NCBI GenBank assembly: GCA_019828565.1 | Contig: JAHDYR010000011.1 | Location: forward strand, 195,072 to 259,071 | From: Carpediemonas membranifera BICM | Lineage: Eukaryota > Protista > Fornicata | Direction of reading: 5' to 3' | Length of the DNA: 64,000 bases | Shown here: positions 30,972 to 41,415 of the stretch, piece after piece | How positions within the stretch are numbered: the first letter of the stretch is position 1 | Layout: each line of letters opens with the position of its first letter | Notes under the pieces: generated by a model | What the model was told of the DNA's origin: nothing | Database searches by the model: none | The model's input: the letters and a program-made list of their open reading frames with translations, nothing else | Translations under genes and position numbers: made by a program

Positions 30972-31202
30972 ATGGCTGAGGTTACGAGCGTGAAACTTGC
31001 CAAACTGGACTGGACATTCGGTGTTACTGTTGGAACCGATGATATCGACGAGCTTGGGACCACTAAGCTCGAGATGCGCCTTGGTGTCCGCCAACTCGAC
31101 GGCCAGGTGAAGCACGAGTGTTTGGAGTTCACTCTCACTCAGTTCTACGACTTCCTGCACGAGCTTGAGCGCGCTAAGTCCACTATCGATGCCATCTCAT
31201 GA
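30972..31202 (+). CDS. COMM-domain protein (COMMD6/7-like, COMM domain only)
   Basis: LDWTFGVTVG...LEFTLTQFYDFLHELER is the COMM domain signature. Confidence 0.8.
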   Translation: MAEVTSVKLAKLDWTFGVTVGTDDIDELGTTKLEMRLGVRQLDGQVKHECLEFTLTQFYDFLHELERAKSTIDAIS

Positions 31203-31505
31203 GTCCGCCAACGACAAGAGACTCATCGACACGTGCGATCAAGTTCCGCCAATAGTAAACTGTGGTTACTTCGTGTGCATGTCACAACGTTCATTTACTG
31301 ATATTATTTCGCCGCTTTTGCCTCAATCTCCTTTCCCACCCGTTCTAGGCAGCCAAGCTCCGCTCAGACTCAAAACTGCGCAAGGTACCTCATCGATTCC
31401 ATTAGCAGACCATCGCACCTCAATGATTCCGTCTACTCCCGTGGGTTTGGCTGGAATTTTTTCCAGCAAGCCTTAAGCTGCCCGAAAACGCTTCCATTCC
31501 AAAAA

Positions 31506-32248
31506 ATGAACAAGGGGCCTACTGCGAGCCTTATTAAGTACGATCCGCCTGTTCTTGCATCTTCAATCACGGACAAGCGCGCAAAATTCGTCCATCAGAC
31601 CGAGCGCCTTGAAGATATTCGCATCACACAGACGGACGACATTCTGCACACAATTCTTCCTCCTCGGTACGTATCAATCATTCACAACACTAACACAGTG
31701 TATTTACTGAAGATAGCAACGAATGGTACCAATTTGTGTCTCCCACGCCCGCTACTCGCCTCGATGTCGTCAATCTCCAGGAGCGCCTCGACAGGCTGCT
31801 GAAGGAGCGCCAGGCCAGAGAGACTGGCCTTTGCCCTATCCGCGAGGAGCTGTACGGCCAGGCCTTTGACGAGCTTATTCGCCAGGTGACGGTGAATTGC
31901 GCCGAGCGCGGTGTGCTCCTCTTGAGAGTTCGTGACGAGATGAGGATGACTTCGCAAGCTTATCAGACCCTTTACGAGAGCGCTATTGCTTACGGCATGC
32001 GCAAGACTCTCCAGGCCGAGCAGGGTCGCAAGGAGCTTGAAGGCCGTCTTCAGCAGCTCGAAGGTGAGAAGGAAGCCGCTAACAGGCAGGTTGCTGAGCT
32101 CAAGGAGAAGCTGGAAACGCTCGAGGCCCAGGAGTCCGAGCGCCGCGCTGTCCACGAGAAGAAGCACGCAGAGGAGCTTGTTTTCTTGAAGAAGAGCAAC
32201 CAGCAGCTCAAGGCCCAGCTCGAGAGTGTGCTCGCGCCGTCCTCTTAA
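31506..32248 (+). CDS. DNALI1: Axonemal inner dynein arm light intermediate chain p28; intron 31667-31698
   Basis: SLIKYDPPVL, ILPPR|VFTEDSNEWYQFVSPTPATRLDV, RQARETGLCPIREELY, CAERGVLL. Confidence 0.93.
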
Positions 32249-32436
32249 ATTTAAATGTATGTATCAGGGATGTGCCGTTCTCGTCCTTGTTCAGAGAAGC
32301 TCGTGGTCGGCCGGAAGAAACATAAGTTTGAATGACGATGGAGATGGAGATTGTATGTGCTGTATTCACGGGGCTTATCCCTTTCATGCTATACGACAGT
32401 ATATACAGTCGATTTCGCAGTTTATGCCAAATCATC

Positions 32437-34260
32437 ATGACAACGATGCTAGAACGGTTGAGAGCAGCTCTCAGCGCCTCAAAGCATGACTATGCCTTTC
32501 TGTATCACAACACGGATGCCCACAACTCCGAGTACCTCCTCGACTGTTGGAATGCCATTCCACCGCTCACAGGCTTCACGGGCTCGAACTCGACGATCGT
32601 TGTGACGGATTCTGAAGCTCTGTTGTGGACTGATAGCCGCTACTGGGTTCAAGCCGCTGAGGAGCTGGAGGAAGGCTGGACGCTCATGGCAGAGGGCAAG
32701 GACGGTGTTCCAGGCCCCAAAAAGTGGCTCAAGAAACAGCAGCGCCGCACTGTTCTCTACGCCAAGGACGTTAACTCCATCCACGACCTCGACACGATGG
32801 AAGACATCCTCCCCGACGCTGAGCTGGTCGGCGTTCCTAGTCCCTTCATGAGCACTACGGTATGGCCGGATAGACCAGAGTTCCCTGCCTACAAGGCATA
32901 CACAGTGCCTAGGAAGCTTGTGGGCGAGAGTGCTGAGGACCGAGTGGCTGCGGTGCTGGGTAAGACGAAGGGCAAGGTCGAGGGCGTCGTTTCATCGTCA
33001 TGCGACGCAGTGAGCTGGACGCTGCTACTCAGAGGCGATATATACGAGTATACCCCTCTGGCAGTTGCCCATATGATGATTACTGGATCCGTTGACGAGG
33101 CTACCGTCAGACTGTTCATCCAGACGAAAGACGACTCACCACTCAGTCGGGAGGAGCAGGAGAAGCTGCAGCAGTCGCTGGGAAAGTATAGTCTTGAAGT
33201 ACTGCCGTACGATGGCTTCAGTGCAGCTGTTTCTAAGCTCGGTACGTGCGCTCTCGACGAGACGGAAGTCGCTGTGGCCGCCAAGCCCGCAGACTATAGG
33301 CACAAGGAGGGCCTCTTCACAGCGATCATGCGGGCCAAGTCAGATACTGAGCTCAGCTGCTTCCGCCGTGCCCAGCTCGTGGACAGTGCAGCTATGTGTA
33401 CGTTCCTTCACTGGCTCGAGGAGAAGGTGATGGCTGGCCAAACTGTAACAGAGCTCGACGTCGGAGAGAAGCTCGGCCAAATCAGAGCCGAGTTTGGAGC
33501 AATATCTCCTTCTTTCGAAACTATTGCCGGTTGCGGCCCGAACGGTGCCATCGTGCACTACCGCCCTGGGTCTGTCGGCGAAGTCGGTGAAGTCACCCTC
33601 GGCCAGCCAGTACTGATTGACTCGGGCGGGCAGTACATGGACCCTGGTAAGGCTGTGCTGGGAACCACCGATTTGACTCGCACTTTATGCATTGGTCCTG
33701 CCCCCGAGCATTTTAAGGAAGCATTTACCGCCGTTCTGCTCGGACATATTGACGTAGCAGACGCTGTATTCAGGAAGGGGTATAACGGAGGAGCTCTAGA
33801 CTTCCTTGCTAGACGTCATTTGAACCGACTCCATGCCGATTACGGCCATGGAACTGGCCATGGCGTTGGTACTTTCCTTAGCGTGCACGAAGGTGACTTT
33901 GGCGTGACTCTACCCCGTAAGAGTGGCCGAGGCCTGGTCCCGCTGAAGCAGGGCAGCGTCGTGTCCGACGAGCCAGGCTACTACAGGCCCGGGGCCTGGG
34001 GCATCAGGATTGAATCCTTGCTGGAGATCATACCCAGCGTGAAACATTCACCACTGCAGACGGACGACTTTGCTGATTTTCTCCGCTTCGAGACTATAAC
34101 CTTGGTACCGATTCAGACGGATCATATTGATGTTTCAATGATGGACAGGAGACAACGAGCGTGGCTCAACGACTACCATGCGACAGTCAGAGAAAAGGTC
34201 ACGCCGCTAGTTGACAGCGACGTCAGGGAATGGATCATGACTAAGACATCTGAGATTTAG
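32437..34260 (+). CDS. Xaa-Pro aminopeptidase (aminopeptidase P, M24B)
   Basis: TGFTGS, LWTDSRYW, DSGGQY, GTTDLTRT, HGTGHGVG, VHEG, EPGYY, GIRIE. Confidence 0.92.
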   Translation: MTTMLERLRAALSASKHDYAFLYHNTDAHNSEYLLDCWNAIPPLTGFTGSNSTIVVTDSEALLWTDSRYWVQAAEELEEGWTLMAEGKDGVPGPKKWLKKQQRRTVLYAKDVNSIHDLDTMEDILPDAELVGVPSPFMSTTVWPDRPEFPAYKAYTVPRKLVGESAEDRVAAVLGKTKGKVEGVVSSSCDAVSWTLLLRGDIYEYTPLAVAHMMITGSVDEATVRLFIQTKDDSPLSREEQEKLQQSLGKYSLEVLPYDGFSAAVSKLGTCALDETEVAVAAKPADYRHKEGLFTAIMRAKSDTELSCFRRAQLVDSAAMCTFLHWLEEKVMAGQTVTELDVGEKLGQIRAEFGAISPSFETIAGCGPNGAIVHYRPGSVGEVGEVTLGQPVLIDSGGQYMDPGKAVLGTTDLTRTLCIGPAPEHFKEAFTAVLLGHIDVADAVFRKGYNGGALDFLARRHLNRLHADYGHGTGHGVGTFLSVHEGDFGVTLPRKSGRGLVPLKQGSVVSDEPGYYRPGAWGIRIESLLEIIPSVKHSPLQTDDFADFLRFETITLVPIQTDHIDVSMMDRRQRAWLNDYHATVREKVTPLVDSDVREWIMTKTSEI

Positions 34261-34319
34261 CCAGGATCTCGCCAGATTTTCTGATTGTAAAAAGATTCAC
34301 ACATTGTGAACGAGTCAAT

Positions 34320-35075
34320 ATGGAGCAAGGAGGGGAGAACTTGCACTTGAACAACCGTGTGCGGATGCTTTCTAGTCGTCTGAACTCCATTTCGCTGGAT
34401 TTGGAATCAAAGAAGGACCGTATTGCTCTAGGGGTCAATGAGAAGCTAAAGCTCCTCACATCCCGGCTTGACGAGATAGAACGGGACAGAGAAGGGAAAT
34501 TCACCTCACTATCATCGTCAATATCGAACATGGAGGGAGAAATTCAAGCGGCTGAGGCGGAACACGATCAAGCGCAAAGATCAGCTTCCCGACTTGTCCA
34601 GGAGTGGCAGGATACATTCCAGACTGATCTGAACGAGCTCAAGGCATCCCGCACGGCCTACGAGAAGCGTGCCATGTCAGCCTTGGAGAGCAGAATGGAA
34701 GAGGCCCTTCAGCAGTGCCGAACCGAAGACACCAAGCACAACTGGGCCTCGTCTGAGCTCTCTAAGCGCATGTCAGCTGAGCTAGACACTATTGAGCAGG
34801 CCCTCAAGGCCGACGAGGAGGCCTGGGCTGCCGCAATAGAGGCGAGCATCGCCCAATTTGGGGACAGGGTGGAGTCCGTCAAACGGATGGTAGCAGGCGA
34901 CCAGGCAGCCCAAGAACAGGTCGAGTACCGCTGGATCGAGCGTTTGAACGATGTAGGCCATGAGTTGTCCGCCATGCTTCGGGTTGAGAGACAAGAGAGA
35001 GTGGAGGTCGAGGACACTCTTGTGGGGCTGTTGGAGATGACATGCGTCAAGATTAAGGAGGCAGAGGCGATATAG
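34320..35075 (+). CDS. SF-assemblin/beta-giardin family coiled-coil protein
   Basis: 251 aa segmented coiled coil ending ERQERVEVEDTLVGLLEMTC. Confidence 0.6.
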   Translation: MEQGGENLHLNNRVRMLSSRLNSISLDLESKKDRIALGVNEKLKLLTSRLDEIERDREGKFTSLSSSISNMEGEIQAAEAEHDQAQRSASRLVQEWQDTFQTDLNELKASRTAYEKRAMSALESRMEEALQQCRTEDTKHNWASSELSKRMSAELDTIEQALKADEEAWAAAIEASIAQFGDRVESVKRMVAGDQAAQEQVEYRWIERLNDVGHELSAMLRVERQERVEVEDTLVGLLEMTCVKIKEAEAI

Positions 35076-35274
35076 AATGGAGAATAGCCGTAAATATTAG
35101 GAATTAGGGTTAGCCTGATCTGATTGTGTCAGTAATCTGATGGATGTTGGCATTTCACCGGAACCCCAGGTATGCTGTCAGTTTAGCAGTTGTAGTAAGA
35201 TGATAGTTGAATGATACATTTATGGGCAGGCACATGTGAAGGGAAAGGGAAGATGCAGGGTTGAGTTTCAGAAT

Positions 35275-36981
35275 TTATGAATCAAACGGGTCGACGTCGA
35301 CCGAAATAATGTCATCCCACGACCGGGGTGATCCACGCTCAAACAGCTCAGCCACCCCATCTGACACTCTTGCTTCTAACCACTGGCCGGCTGAGTCGCG
35401 GAATGAGTGGACCGCATGCCCATCGATCCAAATTGTCTCACATTCCACAGCTTCAAAGGGCACACTGTACTGTTTGTCGCAGTCAGACATGTGGGTGCGG
35501 CCCTCAGTGACCCAGAGGAGGGTTACATAATCACACCAGAATCCCTTGACCCTCTCTGGGAATCGGAATGGGGTGGGCGTGAGGCACTTGTCGTGAGCCT
35601 TGTAGCTCGACAACAGGCCTGACTCGTCGATAGCCTCCGGAACTTGGCCAGCGAAGAGCAGCTGGCGGTCACTGAGGAAGACGTTGAATTCGTCCAAAGA
35701 AGTGATGATCCGGTCGACCCTGAAGGGCAGGTCGACGAAGCCAGTCATACCATTCTTGTGCCCGAGTCCCAGTCGGCCAAACCTATTCCATCCGCTGACA
35801 ATCTGCCGATCGCCCATGGAGAGGATAACAAGCGTATTCCGATAGCGCATGATGTGATCTGGGACAAAGCCAGCGGGCACGGCGACTGGGTTGAATAAAC
35901 GCACATTCTCGATACGGCATCTAGAAAACCAATCAGTGTAACAGCCACTTGTGATCGTGCCGGCTTGGGTGAGTATGAATGTCTGATGCCCGACAAGCGA
36001 TACATCTGTCACCATCCTGTGCTTCTCCCAAGGGGGCAGGCTGGCCTCGAGCTCGGCAACTTTGGGACAGGCGGGGAAGGTGAGGCAGGTCGGGTCGACA
36101 AAATGATTACGCGATGACCTGATCCCCAGATGAGCATAGTCGCTATCACCCCAGCCCCATAGTCCTTTGGGCGTCCTGGCGATGTGGGCGAACTCGTCGC
36201 CATAGACCTCGAGGGCCCTGGGCATCCTGGCCCTGGTGAGGGCGGTGTGGTTGGCAGTGTGGAGCATGAAGAGTCGGCCCATGTACATGTGGTGGTGGTA
36301 GCAACTGCTAAGTCCAGCGTACTGATAGCTCTCGCCGTCCTTCTCGGCGACGTTCATCGTGAAGAAGAACTTGCGGCAGAGGAACCAGAGGCATTTGCCC
36401 TCGGGGGTGAGCGCATTGCGGATCTTGTCATGTATCTCGGTATCACGTGGCTGCTTCCACAGAGCCTCCGTCAGCAGCCTGTCCTCGAGGTCGGGGTTGG
36501 CCCCGCCACCCATCAGACACGCCCACACCGCGCCCTGGTTCAGCGTGTGCAGGGCGGCCGGGAGCTCCTGCCCCTCCGCGAGCTCGACGTTCATGGACAG
36601 CGGGGGGCCGCTGGTGAGGATCGAGCGGGCGCGGTCGAGGAGGGCTTGCGCGGTTGGTTCGAGAGGGGGGATCTCTGAGAGCGTGGTAAGGAGAGATTCG
36701 AAGGAATTGGCATCTTGACGCACGTATTGACTCATATGTTTGTGGATAAACGTATTAAACGCGGTCAACAAGCGGGATCTGTGCGGCATTTCCTCGTCGA
36801 AGTTGTGCCGGAACGCAAGAGCGATGAGAGAGGGGACATCGCCAACGATATTGCTTGCTGCCATTATTGAGAGCCGATGGGCCGCGATCAGTGCATCTCT
36901 CGCCTTCTTGCCATCTCTCATGTCGTCTGATCGTTCCAACTCAGCCACAGTCGACTGTGGCATCGAAAATCGACTCGTCAT
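35275..36981 (-). CDS. RCC1/BLIP-II-like repeat protein (apparent lineage-expanded family)
   Basis: RCC1-like motifs GLWGWG...HLG and VSGWNRFGRLGLG. Shares motifs with the 49337-51358 protein. Confidence 0.65.
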   Translation of the reverse strand: MTSRFSMPQSTVAELERSDDMRDGKKARDALIAAHRLSIMAASNIVGDVPSLIALAFRHNFDEEMPHRSRLLTAFNTFIHKHMSQYVRQDANSFESLLTTLSEIPPLEPTAQALLDRARSILTSGPPLSMNVELAEGQELPAALHTLNQGAVWACLMGGGANPDLEDRLLTEALWKQPRDTEIHDKIRNALTPEGKCLWFLCRKFFFTMNVAEKDGESYQYAGLSSCYHHHMYMGRLFMLHTANHTALTRARMPRALEVYGDEFAHIARTPKGLWGWGDSDYAHLGIRSSRNHFVDPTCLTFPACPKVAELEASLPPWEKHRMVTDVSLVGHQTFILTQAGTITSGCYTDWFSRCRIENVRLFNPVAVPAGFVPDHIMRYRNTLVILSMGDRQIVSGWNRFGRLGLGHKNGMTGFVDLPFRVDRIITSLDEFNVFLSDRQLLFAGQVPEAIDESGLLSSYKAHDKCLTPTPFRFPERVKGFWCDYVTLLWVTEGRTHMSDCDKQYSVPFEAVECETIWIDGHAVHSFRDSAGQWLEARVSDGVAELFERGSPRSWDDIISVDVDPFDS

Positions 36982-37260
36982 CTCGAGTTAGAGTCGCTCC
37001 CAAGTCACTCCGCTTCATCGGGGCCGTTTATCTGTTTTTGGGCGATCGAGTCTGACCCAGCTAAGGTGAACGACTCAGGCCTCCGCACATAGGTCCGGAT
37101 GTATCCCATCAGCTCTAAACAGCCATGATGACCAGGAGATCTCTACCAGAGTCGACTCGGTAATATTGAGTTGGCCGTTGTTGCTCCGCGGCCTCCAAGG
37201 AAAAGATTGTATCGATTGCCAAAATGAGCAAAAATAGTTGGGAGGCAAAATCGTTCTACA

Positions 37261-37902
37261 TTGACACTGCCCTCAATAGGAGGCGACTTTGCGACTCAGG
37301 TGTCTGAATCCATCATTTCTGCTGTAGATTTTATTATTTCTCGATCCCGATTGCCACAGGAAATACAGCTTCTTAAAGGGAGAAAACGTGAAATGATGGA
37401 GCAAATCGAGCGAATAGACGATATCGTATTCACCGGCCCCGCAAGAATGATGGATGGCCGGTGGGAAGGCATGGATGCTAATGAGATGCTCTCTATACGG
37501 GCATTACAGCTCTCCCAGACGGGATTCACCGCTAGCGATATTGCTACCATGTTAGAAATGTCCCTTGAAGAGGTGAGAAAGATTCTTGCTCACAGCCAGC
37601 AGAGCTCGAATGATTCGATACGAAATGCGATGATAGCCAACGGACAAAGGCATCATGTTAACGAGGTCGGCATCTCATTCCCGAGTATGAGCTTCTCCTG
37701 CGAAGAATCCATGGTTGTTCAGACCACAATGGATGAGCTCGAGAAAGGCGACTCGACGCCGATCGCATTCAGCGAGATCGGGAGTATTGCGGAGATTCTC
37801 ACCCCTCCAAAACGGATACAAGACTCGTCTTCGAAGCTTTCTAGGGTGATCCGGTCGATATTTTCGTCCATTAGGCTGTTTTTAGACGTTGTTGTCTTAT
37901 GA
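37261..37902 (+). CDS. Hypothetical protein
   Basis: 213 aa ORF in an otherwise empty interval, with an HTH-like segment GFTASDIATMLEMSLEEVRKIL. Start uncertain. Confidence 0.45.
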   Translation: MTLPSIGGDFATQVSESIISAVDFIISRSRLPQEIQLLKGRKREMMEQIERIDDIVFTGPARMMDGRWEGMDANEMLSIRALQLSQTGFTASDIATMLEMSLEEVRKILAHSQQSSNDSIRNAMIANGQRHHVNEVGISFPSMSFSCEESMVVQTTMDELEKGDSTPIAFSEIGSIAEILTPPKRIQDSSSKLSRVIRSIFSSIRLFLDVVVL

Positions 37903-37977
37903 TTTCATGGCAGGACAGAGCAGTGTTTACGCATATGTAAATGCATGTAGTATCACTGAGTCTGGGTCTGTACACCT

Positions 37978-38613
37978 TCATTCAGCGGGCTTCAGGACCG
38001 CCCGGATGATGACTAGAGTTTCCACGTCAAACTCGCGCCGGACCATGACAACAGCGTCAAACCCGTGCCCTTCCATCATATGACAGAGCTCATCCACGCC
38101 ATTAGCCTCTATGGCGATGAGGTAGAGTGTTCCGTGCTCGCTAAGTGCCTGTGCTGCTTCAGGGATGAATCTGTCGATAACAGAACGACCCTGGGGCCCA
38201 CCGACCAGTGCGAAGTCCAAGGCATTGTCCTCAGTGAGCTCCTGGCTGAGATCGAAGGGATCGGGCACGTAGGGCGGATTGAACACGAGCATGTCGATTG
38301 GGCCAGGGATGTTCGCGAGGAGATCAGAGGAAATGACGGAAACTGTGGTGTTGTTCTCTTTCGCTGTGCGGCGGGCGAAGTCGAGGGCGAAGGGGTTGAT
38401 GTCAACGGCGGTGACGTCCGCGTCTGGGAACAAAATGGCGAGGGAAGTTGCTACAACACCGGAACCGGTCCCAACTTCCACAATACGCCTGATATCGAGG
38501 GTAAAAGTGTACTTAAAGTCGGAATGGATCGCGTCAAGGAGCAGGAATGTGTCGTCGGACGGCAGATAGACGTGGCGGCGATCTTCCTTCGTCATGTGCC
38601 GGTATGTCGGCAT
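37978..38613 (-). CDS. N6AMT1: eRF1 glutamine methyltransferase HemK2/N6AMT1/Mtq2
   Basis: VYLPSDDTFLLLDA, EVGTGSG, DINPFA, FNPPYVP, GGPQGRSVID. Confidence 0.9.
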   Translation of the reverse strand: MPTYRHMTKEDRRHVYLPSDDTFLLLDAIHSDFKYTFTLDIRRIVEVGTGSGVVATSLAILFPDADVTAVDINPFALDFARRTAKENNTTVSVISSDLLANIPGPIDMLVFNPPYVPDPFDLSQELTEDNALDFALVGGPQGRSVIDRFIPEAAQALSEHGTLYLIAIEANGVDELCHMMEGHGFDAVVMVRREFDVETLVIIRAVLKPAE

Positions 38614-38861
38614 CTTCGCAGCTATCTTCTCATCAAAGACAGGAAAGGCGCTATGGCCGAAATTGGTCGCTCCATTCTGCATTACCCTGATGGCTTCCAG
38701 CACCGAGCGTGATGGTCGGGTAACACTGCGAAATCGTTGAACAGGCAAAATGATGGCTAAAAGAGGGCCATGTCTTCAACAAGTTATGCCCGCGGGTCGA
38801 TCTCCCCGATTTTGTCAGTATCGGCAAGCCGAAAAATTTCGCAGCTTTGCATAGTTGAGCG

Positions 38862-41245
38862 ATGGTTGTTAGCCAGACTACAGGCACCGCAAACAACTTC
38901 CGTGTTGTTATACGAGTTCGTCCGCCGATTAAGCGAGAGACTGATGGCAAAATTTGTCGTACCGTCGTCAGCGTTGCCGAAGACAACAAGAGCGTCACTA
39001 TTTCTGAGGCATTGAACCAGGACCAGTCCCAGCGTGGCCAGTTTGATAACCCCAGCATATGTGCGACCTACACCTTTGGCTTCGATTACGTCTACAACCA
39101 AGCAGCTCAGCAAGAGACAGTCTACGAGAAGACTGGCAAGGCTGCCGTCGCATCTTGCCTCCAGGGCTACAACAGCACCATCCTCGCATACGGCCAGACA
39201 GGCTCAGGTCAGTACCACCCTCACAGCTCATACAGGCAAGACACACACGATGGAGGGCTTTAAGGAGGCCTCCGGGCGTGGCATCATTCCCCGCTCAGTT
39301 GAAGATATCTTCGGACACATCCAGAGCCAGGCTAGCGAGCGCCACAAGTTCCTGGTTCGCGCCTCGTATCTCCAGATTTATAATGAGGTCATCTCCGATC
39401 TCCTGAAGCCTGACAGGTCCTCTCTCCAAATCCGCGAGGCCCCCAAGCGCGGAGTATACGTCGAGGGCCTTTCTGAGTGGGTTGTACGCGGCCCCCAGGA
39501 GATCTACAACCTCATCGAGCGCGGCTCCCAGCAACGTGCGACTGGGGCGACTCGAATGAACGAACTCTCGTCACGGTCGCACGCAGTCTTTATCGTAATC
39601 TGCGAGCAGAGCGAGATTGTTGTCGACGAGAACGGCGATGAACGCGAGGTGTTTAAGATCGGCAAGCTCAACCTGGTCGATCTGGCAGGCTCGGAGCGTG
39701 TCCGCGACTCTGGCGCCACTGGCCAGCGTCTGGAGGAGACGAGGAAGATCAACCAGTCGCTTTCCGCACTTGGTAACGTCATTGCCGCTCTGACGGACCA
39801 AAAGAAGCGGATCCACATCCCCTATCGTGATTCCAAGCTCACACGCATCCTCGAAGATTCCCTCGGTGGTTTGTACAAGCTATCATTCCATTTACATAGG
39901 TAACTGCGTCACGACATTTATGGCTATGGTGACACCAGTCCTAGAATCGTACAACGAGACGCTAAGTACGCTGAAGTTCGCCAACAGGGCCAAGAACATC
40001 CGTAACGATGCGTATATCAACGAAGACATGGATCAGAAGGCTCTCATCCGAAAGTACGAGCGTGAAATCAAGAAACTGCGCCACGAGCTTGAGAACAAGT
40101 CCAGAGTCGTCGTCGATAAGGAGCGTATGCTTGCCCTGGAGGAGCAGCGTAAGCGGGCGGAGCTGGATCGTCTCACGGCCATCAAGGCGCTCGAGTCGCG
40201 CAGTCTGGAGTTCTTGCAGGAGAAGCAGAGCAAGAGAAAGCTGGAGGAGCGCATCAAGCAGATGCAGAGCCAGCTACTCCTCGGCGGTCAGGAGATCCTG
40301 ACTGACGGCAACGTTGAAGGCCTCGTTGAGCAGTACAACGACCGGATGGCCGCCCTCGAGCGGGAACGAGCTTCCGTGGCGGAGGACAAGGCCGAAGTCT
40401 CGCGGTACAAGCAGCTCCTGCTCAAGCAGCGCGACATCATGATCGCGCTCACCGGCCGGCTTTCTGAGCGTGATTCGACGATCAAGGCGCTCCAAGAAGA
40501 GCTCGATGCTTTTGACCGGCACCAAGGGATCCTTCAAGAGAAACTAGATCTCAAGGATTCAGCGATAGCCGCCCTACAAGGCGTGGCCCTTGATGCCGGG
40601 GCCCTAAGTGCGCCGGTGATCGACACCAGAGGAATGATTGCCCCTTCTTTCCTTCCCATATTGAAGCAGCATCTCCCCCGCGGGGCACATTACTACTCGC
40701 CACGCCCTGATGACTTCTCCTTGACACTGTCGGCCCAGATAAGCGATGATGACTCGGATCTTGAGGACAGTGATCTGCTCGATGCTGATCAAAAGATTGA
40801 TGAACTCACGAAGCTTCTTCATGATCGGAACACCGAGATTAGCGACCTACACGCCGAGCTTGAGGAGGCTGTGGAAGAGAAGATGCGCATCGAGAGCCTC
40901 CTCCACGGCCGTCTTAGCGAGCTCGTGACGGAGGAAGTCGAGAACAGAGTGAGCGCGCTCCGCAGAGATACACAGCATGCCTCTGCCGCGTGGGATCGAC
41001 TCCGCGTCCACCGAGACGAGAGGAAGGCGCTCAAGGCCATCCTTGAGGCCAAGCTGAGCCCCATGGTCGACAACTCGCTGCGGATCATCGAGAGAATGGA
41101 CGATTCGACTCAGGCACAGTCGGGCGACTCCAGTCGACTCTACAGGCAGCTTATTGCAATGCAGCGCCTCGTGACCGCAAGTGTGGGCGCCCTGACTAAC
41201 GCTGAGGACGAGGAGGATCAGTGGAGGACTAGCAATGGCCGGTAG
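38862..41245 (+). CDS. N-terminal-motor kinesin with coiled-coil stalk; introns 39208-39235 and 39869-39899
   Basis: VVIRVRP, GQTGS|GKT (P-loop split by a 28 nt intron), SSRSH, LVDLAGSE, HIPYRDSKLT, SLG|GNC. Confidence 0.93.
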
Positions 41246-41415
41246 CATCGGCTGGGCGGTTGTAAAATAACTTCTTTTCTCGTGATTGGATGAGAGCATT
41301 GTTGCAGTTTAGTAAAAGCCGATTTTGGTGGGAACGGCGGGGCATAAATTGAGGTTATCATGGAGCAGTCAGCGCAGTTTTGTGCGGCAAAGTCGTGTTC
41401 GCGCGCAAAACCGAA

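Noticed and set aside
30972-31202. COMMD gene truncated by the adjacent Fanzor insertion
   Set aside because: It has its own ATG after an in-frame stop, COMMD6-type proteins are naturally COMM-only, and no N-terminal half is evident left of the element.
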